Positions 7,830-18,369 of a stretch of DNA of 64,000 bases are shown in pieces. The stretch spans positions 30,792 through 94,791 of the forward strand of contig CAZMIZ010000003.1 in NCBI GenBank assembly GCA_964566925.1, read 5' to 3'. The stretch's first letter is position 1, and each line of letters begins with the position of its first letter. The position numbers and the translations under genes were made by a program. Source of the stretch: an uncultured Gammaproteobacteria bacterium. GTDB taxonomy: Bacteria > Patescibacteriota > Microgenomatia > PFEM01 > DATLAM01. The notes beneath the pieces were generated by a model. It was not told where the DNA came from. It made no database searches and worked only from the letters and a program-made list of their open reading frames with translations.

Positions 7830-10747
7830 GAGGAACTAATCTTTAATTTTTTTCCAGAAATGATCTTTTTGGCTAAAGTTTTTCTTTTAAGATAATCTAT
7901 CAGCGATCCTGATTGAGGAATTTTGGGAAGGGAAACCACAATTGACTGATCAAGCCGAAAGCCCGCCTCTTTCCTTAGAGACTGAATTTGACGCACCAAT
8001 TCTCTTGCTTCCCCTTCAGCTTGAAGCTCTGGTGTCATCTTGGTATCCAGCTTAACCTCTGTCTCTTCACCTTTAAGCAATTCGACTTCTTTAACATTCA
8101 ACTCTTCTTTAACTAATTGAGCGAGGGCTTTATCCAGCTTTCCCTTTTCTATTTTACATCTTGCCTTTCTTAATGGCTGACGAACCTTAATGCCCTCTTT
8201 TTTCCTAGCGGCATGACCTAGCTCACAGATGTCCCGGACGAGGGCCATTTGGTTAAGCAGTTTCTGGTCTAAAACCTTCCTGGTTTTCACTTCAGGCCAA
8301 TCACTGAGATGAACTGATTCTTCACCGGTTAAATTTTGGTAGATTTCTTCCGCCAAAAAGGGAGTAAAAGGGGCTAAAGCTTGAGAAAGAACCACTAAAA
8401 CCGTATAAAGGGTCGAGTAGGTCAAATCTTTATCTTCTTTATTTTTGGCGGTCGGGCCCACTCGGTCTCGAGAGCGGCGAACATACCAAGTAGAAAGATC
8501 TTGAACAAAATCTTCGATCGCCAGAGTCGCAGTTTGAGGATCATAGTCATCCAGGCTTCCGGTCACCACAATCATCGTTTCGTCGAGGCGGGTGAGAATC
8601 CAAAGGTCAAGGTTGGTAGGCTTTTTCTTAAACTCAATTCGCGGTTTCCAGTGGTCAAGATTGGCATAGGTAACGAAAAAGTTATAAATATTCCATAAAA
8701 GAAGGTGAAATCTTCTTCTGACTTCATCACCAGCCCGAAAACCAAAATTAAGATTTAGTCTCGGATTTTGACTAAGATACATCCAGCGCATAACATCAAC
8801 GCCCATCTTCTCAGCCGCTTCATTAAACTCAATAGCGTTACCCTTGCTTTTGTGCATTTCTTCTCCTTTTTCATCACGGACTGAAGCATAACCTAAAAGA
8901 ATTTTAAACGGCTCTTTATCCTCTAAGACCGTACTCATGGCAATCAGGGAATAAAACCAGTTTTTAAACTGACCCGGGAAACACTCAGTCACAAAATCAG
9001 CCGGAAACCACTCATGCCAATATTTTTTATCACCTGAATAACTTACTTTGTTTGTCTTAGGTTCCACCAAGGTAGAGAAAGAGACAATGCCAGCATCAAG
9101 CCAAGGATTGCCAACATCGGGAATACGTGAAACCTCCTCACCACACTGAGAACACTTGATCTTAATCTGGTCAACCCAAGGCCGATGAGGACTATGGCCT
9201 TTGAATTTACTCCATCCTTTGGCGGCTCGTTTCTTCAATTCTTCTTTTGAACCAATCAATTCAAAATGGCCACATTTCTGACATTCCCAAATAGGCAAAG
9301 CCAATCCCCAATAGCGCTTTTTAGAAATCAACCAATCGTCCATGTTCCTTAACCAATCCAATTCCCTTTTTAAACCAAATCCCGGAATCCAATGAATCTT
9401 TTTCGCTATAGTTATCATCCGCTGACGATAGTTCTTGGCTGCTTTTTTATTCGTATCATCCATGGCAAGATACCATTCGTCAACCACCCTCCAAAGAAGT
9501 TCAGTTTTACAGCGCCAGCAAATAGGGTAACGATGAGTAAAATTCTCGACTAACCAATTTCTATCTTCTTTCTTTAAAAATTCAATCACCAGTTGAGAAA
9601 CCTTGTTTGCGGGTCGGCCAGAGAAATCCCCAAAACCTTCAAGATAAACACCTGCTTGATCTAGAGGTCCAACTACCGGCAGGTCAAATTCTTTGCCGAG
9701 ATCAAAATCTTCCTCGCCGCCACCCGGCGCGATGTGGACTAAACCGGTACCCTCTTCTTCAAGTACTTCTTTCCAGGGAATAATCTGATGTTCATATTGT
9801 GGCTTTTGGGCAAAGGCCTTTTTGACGGCTGGCAAATGGTCAAACAAACCTTGATATTTTCTTCCCACCAGCTCTTTCCCTTTAATTTTCTTCACCTTCT
9901 TAGCGTTTGGTGCGGTTCTCTTCATATAACTCTCAGTGGCGTAAAAAATTCCCATCTTAGTGGTAAACTTAACGTAATCAAGCTCCGGATTGACGGCGAT
10001 GGCCACATTAGCCGGAAGAGTCCAGGGAGTAGTCGTCCAAACTAAAAGAAACTCATCCTTAGCTCCTTTTAAAGGGTACTCAACGGCGATCGCCTGATGG
10101 GTTAGTTCCTTATAATCCTCAGTCAAAATCTCATGCTGAGAAATGGCGGTCCCGCAGCGAGGACACCAGGGGACTGAATCCCTCCCTTTATAAAGATTTC
10201 CATCTTGCCAGCACTTCTTCAAAAACGACCAAATCATATAGTTATTTTCATCACTCATCGTATAGTAAGAGTGGCCCCAGTCCATAAAATAAGCCAACCT
10301 TTTTGATTGCTCAGTCATTATTCTGGCAAATCTAAGAGTCCGTTCCTTACATTTATTAACAAATTTGGCGATCCCATATTTTTCAATATCCTTTTTGTCT
10401 TTAAAACCAAGCTCTTTCTCAACCTCGACCTCGACCCATAAACCTTGGTTGTCAAAACCATTTTGAAAACGCTGCTGGTAGCCTTGCATGTTTTTGTATC
10501 TTTGGAAAAGATCCTTATAGGTTCGGCCCCACGCGTGATGAACGCCCATCGGGTTATTAGCAGTAATCGGGCCGTCAAGGAACCGGAAGCGCTTTTTAGC
10601 CTTGCCTGCCTCGTCGGCAGACAGGCCACTAGGCGGGTCGTTTCGGTGAAGATATTTTTTGACAATTCCTTTCTTATCCCACCAATCCAAAAGCTTCTTC
10701 TCGAGCTCAACAAAGTCAGGTTTAGTTGTCGTAGGTTTAAAAGCCAT
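7826..10747 (-). CDS. ileS: Isoleucyl-tRNA synthetase, long form (973 aa) with Zn-finger Cys pairs
   Basis: WTTTPWTLPAN (IleS hallmark), HIGH-like GVHHAWG, KMSKS-like MHKSKGN, and CPRCG/CQKCG/CSQCG zinc knuckles. Confidence 0.8.
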   Translation of the reverse strand: MAFKPTTTKPDFVELEKKLLDWWDKKGIVKKYLHRNDPPSGLSADEAGKAKKRFRFLDGPITANNPMGVHHAWGRTYKDLFQRYKNMQGYQQRFQNGFDNQGLWVEVEVEKELGFKDKKDIEKYGIAKFVNKCKERTLRFARIMTEQSKRLAYFMDWGHSYYTMSDENNYMIWSFLKKCWQDGNLYKGRDSVPWCPRCGTAISQHEILTEDYKELTHQAIAVEYPLKGAKDEFLLVWTTTPWTLPANVAIAVNPELDYVKFTTKMGIFYATESYMKRTAPNAKKVKKIKGKELVGRKYQGLFDHLPAVKKAFAQKPQYEHQIIPWKEVLEEEGTGLVHIAPGGGEEDFDLGKEFDLPVVGPLDQAGVYLEGFGDFSGRPANKVSQLVIEFLKKEDRNWLVENFTHRYPICWRCKTELLWRVVDEWYLAMDDTNKKAAKNYRQRMITIAKKIHWIPGFGLKRELDWLRNMDDWLISKKRYWGLALPIWECQKCGHFELIGSKEELKKRAAKGWSKFKGHSPHRPWVDQIKIKCSQCGEEVSRIPDVGNPWLDAGIVSFSTLVEPKTNKVSYSGDKKYWHEWFPADFVTECFPGQFKNWFYSLIAMSTVLEDKEPFKILLGYASVRDEKGEEMHKSKGNAIEFNEAAEKMGVDVMRWMYLSQNPRLNLNFGFRAGDEVRRRFHLLLWNIYNFFVTYANLDHWKPRIEFKKKPTNLDLWILTRLDETMIVVTGSLDDYDPQTATLAIEDFVQDLSTWYVRRSRDRVGPTAKNKEDKDLTYSTLYTVLVVLSQALAPFTPFLAEEIYQNLTGEESVHLSDWPEVKTRKVLDQKLLNQMALVRDICELGHAARKKEGIKVRQPLRKARCKIEKGKLDKALAQLVKEELNVKEVELLKGEETEVKLDTKMTPELQAEGEARELVRQIQSLRKEAGFRLDQSIVVSLPKIPQSGSLIDYLKRKTLAKKIISGKKLKISSS

Positions 10748-10757
10748 TTCCTTGTCT

Positions 10758-10763
10758 ATTATA
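10758..10763 (-). promoter_or_regulatory. -10 TATAAT for ileS (short leader ending in AAGGA RBS)
   Basis: Read directly on the minus strand. Confidence 0.4.
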
Positions 10764-10794
10764 ATAAACTAAAAATCCCTTCTTGAGAAGGGAT
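10764..10794 (-). terminator. Rho-independent terminator (8-bp stem ATCCCTTC/GAAGGGAT, then TTTTTAGTTTAT) ending the ftsZ operon
   Basis: Perfect hairpin plus T-run on the minus strand. Confidence 0.6.
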
Positions 10795-10914
10795 AAGTGG
10801 CCAATTAAGATGCTTGAGCACCCCAAAAGGCCTAAGGGCTAATAATAATTTCTTGAACTAACGGTTTGCTTCCGCTAATTAACTTCCTCATCACAATTAA
10901 TTTTACCACCATCA

Positions 10915-11478
10915 TCAACGTTTAGGCAAGAAACGTCTCCTGCCTAAGAAACGGGGCGATAGTCTCCCTTCTTTAAACATTTGATCTTCAAATCTTTGAT
11001 AATATGCGGATGGAGTTAGCCTTCCGCCTTTCAAGTCGCGGATAAAAGCATCAATCAGAACAGGGCCTAAAAAGCCAAGATGGCTACAAACTAAAGGGTT
11101 GATCACTTCATGGTCTGAAGGAAAGGCAAAATGAAGCAATTTCCGTTCAGCCCTGGTACAGTCTTCGTTCAACTGAAACCCGCATAAGAGGATATCGTTT
11201 CCCATGTCACCAAAACGCTCTTTTTGGAGCCAAAAAATCCGACCCTTTTCCCTGTTAATGATACACACTTCCCAGTACTCATCACAGAGTTCATCTCCAT
11301 ATTGAAATAAATCATTAACCACAGCCGCTAAGTCTCTCAGGGAGTCGAGGGTCTTCTCGTCGGGGAAGCGACGAATCGAACCTTCTCTCGCGTAAGGAAA
11401 AAGTATCCGCCGGAGGTAACGGGGAAGATAGGTATTAAGAGAATGCGAAATATCGAGCGGGTATTCAGGGGTGAACAT
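10915..11478 (-). CDS. Hypothetical protein, 187 aa, Arg-rich tail; translationally coupled 3 nt downstream of ftsZ
   Basis: ORF abutting the ftsZ stop; no motif recognised. Confidence 0.55.
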   Translation of the reverse strand: MFTPEYPLDISHSLNTYLPRYLRRILFPYAREGSIRRFPDEKTLDSLRDLAAVVNDLFQYGDELCDEYWEVCIINREKGRIFWLQKERFGDMGNDILLCGFQLNEDCTRAERKLLHFAFPSDHEVINPLVCSHLGFLGPVLIDAFIRDLKGGRLTPSAYYQRFEDQMFKEGRLSPRFLGRRRFLPKR

Positions 11479-11480
11479 CT

Positions 11481-12632
11481 CTATCTCCCCTGCCTTAAAA
11501 AGGCGGGGATGTCCAGTTCTTCAAACTCTTCAGGCGGTTCTTCTTCTTTAGGGGGCTTAGCTTTCTTCTCCTCTTCCTCTTTTTTCTTCTTTTCCTCTTC
11601 TGGAACTTCACTCACGATTCCTTCTGGTTCGACTGGCTGAACAGGCTTAGTCATCAAACCGGCTAGCCTTACTCGGGCCTCATCAAAACCAGTGGCAATA
11701 ACCGTAATTTTAATCTGATCAACCATCTCTTCGTCAATGGTGGCCCCAAAGATAATATTGGCATCAGCATCAGCTGTCTGGGAAATGAGCTTAGCCGCCT
11801 CATCCACTTCAGCCATGGTTAAATCTTTACCACCGGTTATGTTGAAAAGGATTCCTTTAGCGCCTTCAATTGAGATTTCCAATAAGGGCGAAGCAATCGC
11901 GCTTCGGGCAGCAGTCTGAGCTCGGTTCTCGCCCACCCCGGTACCCATACCCATCAGGGCACTACCGGCATTACTCATAATCGCCCTGACGTCAGCAAAA
12001 TCAATGTTGATCAAACCGGGAACGGTAATCAAATCAGCGATCCCTTGAACTCCATGGGAAAGAACCGAATCGGCCACCTTAAAAGCCTCCAGGAGAGTCA
12101 TTTTCTTATCAACCATATCTAAGAGGCGCTGGTTAGGAATAACGATCAGCGTATCAACTTTATCTTTTATTTTGTCGATGCCCTCTTCGGCGACGACCAT
12201 TCGCCGGGTGCCTTCAAAATTGAACGGTTTGGTCACCACCGCCACGGTTAAAGCTCCTTGTTCGCGAGCAAGCTCAGCAATCACCGGCGCACCACCAGTT
12301 AAAGTCCCACCCCCTTCACCGCCAGTGATAAAGACCATATCGGTATCTAAAAGAAGCTCTTTTATCTTTTCTCGGGATTCCTCAGCGGCTTGCATCCCAA
12401 TTTCAGGGTCGCCGCCAGCCCCTAGGCCGCGAGACAAATTTTCGCCAATCTGAAGCTTGGTAGGCGCCTGGTTAACTAGAAGAGCCTGAGCATCGGTGTT
12501 AACGGCAATAAACTCCACGCCTTTGATTTGGCCTTCTTCAATCATGGAGTTGATCACATTACCACCACCGCCACCCAAACCAATCACTTTAATCTTAGCA
12601 AAGCGGGCAACATCAGGTTTAACCAGTGCCAT
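11481..12632 (-). CDS. ftsZ: Cell division GTPase FtsZ with a long charged K/E linker and C-terminal DIPAFLR peptide
   Basis: Tubulin signature GGGTGTG and conserved C-terminal FtsA-binding peptide. Confidence 0.95.
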   Translation of the reverse strand: MALVKPDVARFAKIKVIGLGGGGGNVINSMIEEGQIKGVEFIAVNTDAQALLVNQAPTKLQIGENLSRGLGAGGDPEIGMQAAEESREKIKELLLDTDMVFITGGEGGGTLTGGAPVIAELAREQGALTVAVVTKPFNFEGTRRMVVAEEGIDKIKDKVDTLIVIPNQRLLDMVDKKMTLLEAFKVADSVLSHGVQGIADLITVPGLINIDFADVRAIMSNAGSALMGMGTGVGENRAQTAARSAIASPLLEISIEGAKGILFNITGGKDLTMAEVDEAAKLISQTADADANIIFGATIDEEMVDQIKITVIATGFDEARVRLAGLMTKPVQPVEPEGIVSEVPEEEKKKKEEEEKKAKPPKEEEPPEEFEELDIPAFLRQGR

Positions 12633-12703
12633 TTATTTATCCTTTGGGCAGGAAATCGGCAGAAGTAAACTTATTATAACTTATACCACCAATTAGTCAA
12701 TCA

Positions 12704-14062
12704 CTAAGGCAGGAATGATTTTATCAGATCAACCGCCCGGCCGGCAAGTCCACGAACCGGAATCCGTTCCAGACTCTTGCCTAGAGAGGCTAAGGAAAAG
12801 CCGCCTTCTTGCCAGCCTTCCTCTTTACTGCCATGAAGGACTAAACCGGTTGAAGAGGCAAAATCCGGAGTTTGAACATCGTCAATCAAACCGGTCAAGC
12901 CAACAGGCGTCCCAATTCGAACAGGCATGGAAAGCGATCTTTTAGCCGCCTCTTTTATCCCTATGGTTTGGGCGCCACCACCGCAGATGACAATTCCGGA
13001 AGGAGTTAGGCCGGCAAAACCGCTTTTTTTAATTTCTATCCCTACCATGGTAAAAATTTCGTTCAACCGAGGCTTGATTATCCCTTCAACCAAAGTCTTC
13101 CGAGAAACAGTTCTTTTTTCTTCTAAAATTCCCATTTCGCTCAGATTAAGCTCGTCTTTGTCGCTCTTAGAATGGCCTTCGTCTTTCTCGGCCTCTTCAT
13201 CCTTTGTTTTTCCCTTTTTCTTTTCTTTATCAATGGTCTCTTCAGGTAAAAAGGGAGTAGTTATCTTTTTTGGCTGATCAGAAAGAGCTATTTTTATTTT
13301 TTCCGCCGCTTCTAAGGGCAACCTTAAACCAATGGCTAGATCGTTGGTCACATTTTTAGCCCCAATAGGAAGAACGGTGGTATAAGCCGGCGCTCCTTCC
13401 ACGAAAATAACAATATCGGTAGTGCCTCCCCCAACATCCACTAGAATAACCCCTAATTCTTTTTCTGTTTCCGATAAGACGCTCTCGGCCGAAGCCAAGC
13501 CCGAAGCCACTAAGCTTTCAATATCCGCTCCCACTTCGGAAACACACTTTGACAAATTTCTGATGGCGGTTGAAGAACCGCTGATGATATGAGTCTCTAT
13601 CTCAAGACGGACCCCACTCATCCCAATTGGATCTTTAATTCCCTCTTGACCATCAACCGTAAAATCACGTGGTAAAACATGAATAATTTCTCGCGAAGAA
13701 GGCAAAGAAATGGCTTGGGCCGCGTCAATTACCCGATTAACATCATCTCGGTTAATCTCCCCTTCTGGTTCGGCCACAGCCACCACTCCTTTTGAATTTT
13801 GAGAGGCAATATGAGGTCCGCCCACGCTCACTAGGGCTCGGGTAAGATTGTAGCCAGCCATCCTTTCGGCTGACTCAACCGACTCAACGACGCTATCCGC
13901 CGCCTCTTCGATATTGACAATCTGACCCTTTCTAATGCCCTGAGAAGGAATGTTGGCCGCCCCGATAATCTTGACTTTCTCTTCTTCGTCCACTGAGGCA
14001 ATAACGGTCGCTACTTTTGAGGAACCAATATCGATACCGGCAATAATCCGTGGGCGGGCCAT
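12704..14062 (-). CDS. ftsA: Cell division protein FtsA, with a ~45-aa charged insertion
   Basis: Actin-fold N-terminus IIAGIDIGSSKV and a C-terminal amphipathic tail. Confidence 0.9.
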   Translation of the reverse strand: MARPRIIAGIDIGSSKVATVIASVDEEEKVKIIGAANIPSQGIRKGQIVNIEEAADSVVESVESAERMAGYNLTRALVSVGGPHIASQNSKGVVAVAEPEGEINRDDVNRVIDAAQAISLPSSREIIHVLPRDFTVDGQEGIKDPIGMSGVRLEIETHIISGSSTAIRNLSKCVSEVGADIESLVASGLASAESVLSETEKELGVILVDVGGGTTDIVIFVEGAPAYTTVLPIGAKNVTNDLAIGLRLPLEAAEKIKIALSDQPKKITTPFLPEETIDKEKKKGKTKDEEAEKDEGHSKSDKDELNLSEMGILEEKRTVSRKTLVEGIIKPRLNEIFTMVGIEIKKSGFAGLTPSGIVICGGGAQTIGIKEAAKRSLSMPVRIGTPVGLTGLIDDVQTPDFASSTGLVLHGSKEEGWQEGGFSLASLGKSLERIPVRGLAGRAVDLIKSFLP

Positions 14063-14063
14063 T

Positions 14064-14819
14064 CTATTTTTCTATAATAACAGGCTTATCGAAACGCAGA
14101 TCAACGCGCTTCAATCTTTTGCCTTCTATTTTAGTCCGGGATAAAATCAGTTGTAAAGAGCCAACTTGGGCGGTGGCTTCTTTTTGAAAAGAGAAAAAAA
14201 CTTCCAGCTCATCCTTCAATCGAACTAAAATTCCTTTCTCTGAAACTTCGATTGTTTCTGGTTTAAGATCTAACTTTAAGAGCAAAACAATGAGGCTCAA
14301 AGTTTGGGTTAACTCTTTAGAAGTAATCTGTTGTCCCACGCTGATCCCCTCTAGGTTGGTTAATAAGATTCTAGGAAGATCCAAAGAGGAAGTCGTTTTT
14401 TGGAAAACCATTCCCTCTTCATCGGCGATAAAAAAATCAGCGGCGGGCATCGCCGATTCAGTCGACGATTCAATCTTCTGGGTAAAAGCGACGCTCGCTT
14501 TCCTTAGTTTAAGGGAAAACGCCAAAGTTTCAGGTAAAATTTTAGCTACGGCCACCTCGCCAATCTGAGGAAAAGAAACCCTGATTTCCTCCCCTAGGGG
14601 GCGTTGATGAAAAAAGAGGATATTTTGGCCGATAGACAGACTTAAAAGTTTTGTCCAAATTTCTCCGGGACAAGCTGCCTCGCCGATTAAACAATTCACT
14701 TTTTTAATTTTGAAAAAGTCACCCTTAAGGATAAAAAAAGAGCTGGTGACGAGGAGACCAAAGACGGCAACAACGACAATCACCTTTAAGAATAAAGAGA
14801 GGTATTTTCTTCTCCTCAT
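14064..14819 (-). CDS. ftsQ: Cell division protein FtsQ/DivIB
   Basis: Single N-terminal TM segment with POTRA-like region; position between murG and ftsA. Confidence 0.7.
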   Translation of the reverse strand: MRRRKYLSLFLKVIVVVAVFGLLVTSSFFILKGDFFKIKKVNCLIGEAACPGEIWTKLLSLSIGQNILFFHQRPLGEEIRVSFPQIGEVAVAKILPETLAFSLKLRKASVAFTQKIESSTESAMPAADFFIADEEGMVFQKTTSSLDLPRILLTNLEGISVGQQITSKELTQTLSLIVLLLKLDLKPETIEVSEKGILVRLKDELEVFFSFQKEATAQVGSLQLILSRTKIEGKRLKRVDLRFDKPVIIEK

Positions 14820-15913
14820 AACTTTTCAACCAATTCAACCATCCTCTCAACCGCATCCAGTCTTACTAATTTTTGGGCTTTGGCCCGATTCTTCTTATAT
14901 GAATCCAGCTTGACCATCATTTTCTCAATTAACCGGGCAAGTTTTTGGCTGGTAAGATTCTTCTGAGAAAGAATCTCGGCCAAACCCACTTTAGTAAGCA
15001 TCTTAGCGTTCTTTTCTTGCTCTTGAGCATAACTAAAAGGGAGGGGAATAAAAAGGGCTGGCTTACCTAGAGCCGCCAATTCATAAACGATATGGGCGCC
15101 AGCTCGGGTAACCACCAGGTCAGCAGCCGCAAAAACAGCCCCAATCTCTGGTTGAAAAATATAGTCGTAAACCAAATAGCGATTTCTAAGCTCTAGAGGA
15201 AGTTTCTTTTTAATTTTTCTTAAGCGGGCAAAGTCATTATAAACAGTGCTACTCCCGGACTGGTGAATTAAATTATATTTTTTAAGTAAATTCGGAAGGA
15301 GTTTAGCAATGGTCAAATTGAGGGTATGAGAACCTTGTTTCCCACCGGTAATATAGATGATAGGTAAATCATTTTTGAAACCAAACCTGCCCCTGGACTG
15401 CTTGAAAATACCCGACCTTAAAGGTAAACCAGTAAAAACCACTTTTTTAAAAGGGAAATGCTGGCAAGAGTTTTTCCAAGAAACAAGAATTTTTTTGGCA
15501 AAAGGCTGGATAACTCGGTTAGCCAAACCATAGACTACCGTCTGCTCATGAGTTAAACTGGGAATCCTTAAAAGCCAACCACAAATGACCACAGGAACAG
15601 CTAAATAGCCGCCAAAGGAAAGAATCAGGTGAGGCCGAAATTTAAGCAGATAATAAGATGCTTGGAGAAAACCAAGCGGTAAACGAACCAGGTTGAGAAG
15701 ATGATAAGGGCGGTGCCCCTTGCCAGCCTTAATCTCAATAAACTTAAAGCCGGCCTTAGTAACCTCACGATATTCCGCTCCTGGCTTTTTATCGCCCCAC
15801 ATGGTAAATCTATGGCCAAACCAAATTATTTCGTGACCCCGTTTTCTTAATTTTTCGGCTACGACCAAAGCGCTATTGTGGTGCCCACCGGTAATAACAA
15901 TTCTTTTTTTCAC
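14816..15913 (-). CDS. murG: UDP-GlcNAc:lipid I GlcNAc transferase MurG
   Basis: N-terminal ITGGHHNSAL glycine loop and GT28 C-terminal pattern. Confidence 0.85.
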   Translation of the reverse strand: MKKRIVITGGHHNSALVVAEKLRKRGHEIIWFGHRFTMWGDKKPGAEYREVTKAGFKFIEIKAGKGHRPYHLLNLVRLPLGFLQASYYLLKFRPHLILSFGGYLAVPVVICGWLLRIPSLTHEQTVVYGLANRVIQPFAKKILVSWKNSCQHFPFKKVVFTGLPLRSGIFKQSRGRFGFKNDLPIIYITGGKQGSHTLNLTIAKLLPNLLKKYNLIHQSGSSTVYNDFARLRKIKKKLPLELRNRYLVYDYIFQPEIGAVFAAADLVVTRAGAHIVYELAALGKPALFIPLPFSYAQEQEKNAKMLTKVGLAEILSQKNLTSQKLARLIEKMMVKLDSYKKNRAKAQKLVRLDAVERMVELVEKL

Positions 15914-17034
15914 TTTTTAACTACTCGATGTTTAGAAATATTAACTAAAATTCCCATCCCTGCCAAGGCGACGATTAAAGAAGAGCCGCCATAAGAGATA
16001 AAGGGTAAAGGAACGCCGGTAAGAGGAACTAGGGCAACCATTGCCGCCAAATTAATCAAAGCTTGTAAGCCAATCCAGGCAGTGATTCCCACTGCCAAGA
16101 GTCGACCAAAACGATCGGGTGCTTCTTGAGCGACTTTAAAACCCCGCCAAATAATGATTAAAAAAGCGAGCAGAATTAAGCCGCCAGCAAGAAAACCAAG
16201 TTCTTCAGCAATGACTGCAAAAATAGAATCGGTCATCACCGCCGGCAAATATTCATATTTTTGGCGGGATTGGCCTAAGCCTAAACCCCAAAGACCACCG
16301 GAGCCTAAAGCTAAAAGTATCTGGCGGATATGATAAGAAGCGCCTAGGGGATCGCGGCCTGGGTCAAAGAAGGTTAAAAGCCGTTCACGACGATAGGGAG
16401 AAAAATAAATCAGACCTAAGCCGCCCAAAAGACCCAAAAAAACAAAGACGAGAATCGCCAAAAGCGGCGCCCCTGAGGCAAAATAAACAACCAAACCGCT
16501 AGCCACGATAACCACGGTTGTCCCTAGATCTGGTTCCAACATAACCAAGCTCACGATTAAGGCAGAAAGGATCAAAAAAGGAAGAGCCTTCTGCTTATTA
16601 CCTAAAAAAGCGGCTAGATAAAGAACAAAAGCTAGTTTCGTTATCTCGGCTGGTTGAAATCGGAAACTCCCAAGAATAAGCCAACGTCGAGCACCACTAA
16701 TTTGGGTCCCTATGCCTGGAATAAGAACTACGGCTAAAAGAAAAATCGCCCCTAACATGATAAAAGGCGCAAACTTTTCTAAAAGAGAATAACGAAAAAA
16801 GGAGGCCAGGGTGAAAGCCAAAATTCCTAGAGCCGCCCACTGGATTTGAAGTTTCAAGTAATAATATTTGTCGCCAAAATCCCGAAAAGCCTCAACCACT
16901 GAAGCATTACCGACCATGACTACGCCAAGAACGGTTAACCCTAAAGCCAAGCCCGCAAGAATGAGATCTGGCTTCCTGATAGGTTTTTTGAGAATAATCT
17001 TTCTTGACTTTTTCTTTTTCCTTTTGGAACGCAT
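15910..17034 (-). CDS. ftsW: SEDS-family lipid II flippase/polymerase FtsW
   Basis: SEDS signatures; position between murD and murG. Confidence 0.85.
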   Translation of the reverse strand: MRSKRKKKKSRKIILKKPIRKPDLILAGLALGLTVLGVVMVGNASVVEAFRDFGDKYYYLKLQIQWAALGILAFTLASFFRYSLLEKFAPFIMLGAIFLLAVVLIPGIGTQISGARRWLILGSFRFQPAEITKLAFVLYLAAFLGNKQKALPFLILSALIVSLVMLEPDLGTTVVIVASGLVVYFASGAPLLAILVFVFLGLLGGLGLIYFSPYRRERLLTFFDPGRDPLGASYHIRQILLALGSGGLWGLGLGQSRQKYEYLPAVMTDSIFAVIAEELGFLAGGLILLAFLIIIWRGFKVAQEAPDRFGRLLAVGITAWIGLQALINLAAMVALVPLTGVPLPFISYGGSSLIVALAGMGILVNISKHRVVKK

Positions 17035-17046
17035 TGGTTTAATTAA

Positions 17047-18369
17047 TTAAAGAGAGTTGACGAACTGTTTAAATTGATCTCCTCTTTCAAATTCATTTTT
17101 AAACATCCCAAAAGAGGCACAGGCTGGTGAAAGTAAAACAATTTCTCCTGGTTCCGCCAACTTTCGGGCAGTCAAAATCGCTTTTTTAAAATCATTAAAA
17201 CGGCCGGCCACCAGCTCTTGGTTCAAAACCCTTTCCAGCTTATCGGTAGCTGATCCCTCTAAAAGGACAACCGCTTTAACGGTTGAGGCTTTGATTTTCC
17301 GGCCGAGCTGACTAAAATTCAATCTCTTATCGGCGCCGCCGGCAATTAAGACAACTGGTTGGTCAAATGTTTCTAAGGCGGCCATGGTCGCCTCAGGAAT
17401 AGTTGCACAGGTATCATTATAATAGGCAACCCGGTTTACCTGACGAATAAACTCTAACCGATTAGGGACGCCTTTAAACTCTTTAACTGCCCGCTGAATT
17501 ATTTTTGGCTCCACCTTCATGATCTTGGCCGCCGCCATAGCGGCAGCAATATTTTCCAAATTATGCTTGCCTTTAAGTTTTACTGAAGCAGCCAAAGAGC
17601 TCGAAAGTTGAGAAGGAGAAAAGTAAACCACTCTACTTCGGGCTAAATCAGCCATTTTTTTGGTTAGTTGATTGTCGCGATTTAAAATCAGATAGTCGGT
17701 CGGCTTTTGGAAAGCAAAGATGAGTTTCTTCGCTTCAAAATAATCAACCATTGAAGAATAGCGATTCAGATGGTCGCGATAGAGATTGGTAACAACAGCA
17801 ATATGGGGACTAATTTGATGACCAGCCAATCCCTCAAGTTGCCAAGAGGAAAGTTCTAAAACAATCATTGTCTCAGGCTTAATTTTAGGAAGAAGGGCGA
17901 GGGCGGGTTTTTCCGGAATATTGCCCCCCACTACCACCTTAAAACCGGCCTCCTTAAGAATTTCACCAATTAAGAGGGTAGTGGTTGTTTTACCTCGAGT
18001 ACCAGTGATGCCAATCAGATTTTCAGACTTAATCTGGGCGAGTAAAAAGAAAAGGCCAATTTCCATTTCAATAGGAATCCTTTTGCCCTTGGCCATTTTC
18101 AAAAACTTCGAATTTTCCGGGACAGCCGGATTACGGATAATCAGCTCGCTGTTAAGAAAATCTTCTTTCCGGTGTTTGCCCAAAACATATTTGATAGGCA
18201 ATCCTTCTAGCTTTTTGAGACTGGGTGCCAAATCCTTAGCCGTTCTTAAATCGGTCACCGTCACCTTCGCCCCTTGTTGAGCCGCGACTTTAGCGGCCCA
18301 AAGGCCTTGGCCTTGGAGGCCTAAACCCATGACCGTCACTTTTTTTCCTGAAAGATTAATCTTTTTCAT
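17047..18369 (-). CDS. murD: UDP-N-acetylmuramoylalanine--D-glutamate ligase
   Basis: Rossmann N-terminus VMGLGLQGQG and P-loop GITGTRGKTTTT. Confidence 0.85.
   Translation of the reverse strand: MKKINLSGKKVTVMGLGLQGQGLWAAKVAAQQGAKVTVTDLRTAKDLAPSLKKLEGLPIKYVLGKHRKEDFLNSELIIRNPAVPENSKFLKMAKGKRIPIEMEIGLFFLLAQIKSENLIGITGTRGKTTTTLLIGEILKEAGFKVVVGGNIPEKPALALLPKIKPETMIVLELSSWQLEGLAGHQISPHIAVVTNLYRDHLNRYSSMVDYFEAKKLIFAFQKPTDYLILNRDNQLTKKMADLARSRVVYFSPSQLSSSLAASVKLKGKHNLENIAAAMAAAKIMKVEPKIIQRAVKEFKGVPNRLEFIRQVNRVAYYNDTCATIPEATMAALETFDQPVVLIAGGADKRLNFSQLGRKIKASTVKAVVLLEGSATDKLERVLNQELVAGRFNDFKKAILTARKLAEPGEIVLLSPACASFGMFKNEFERGDQFKQFVNSL

Noticed and set aside
10748-10914. Possible T-box leader upstream of ileS, since a terminator hairpin sits about 30 nt before the ATG
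   Set aside because: Only about 165 nt are available. No AGGGTGGNACCGCG T-box sequence or specifier-loop architecture is present. The hairpin is better explained as the terminator of the ftsZ operon overlapping the ileS promoter.
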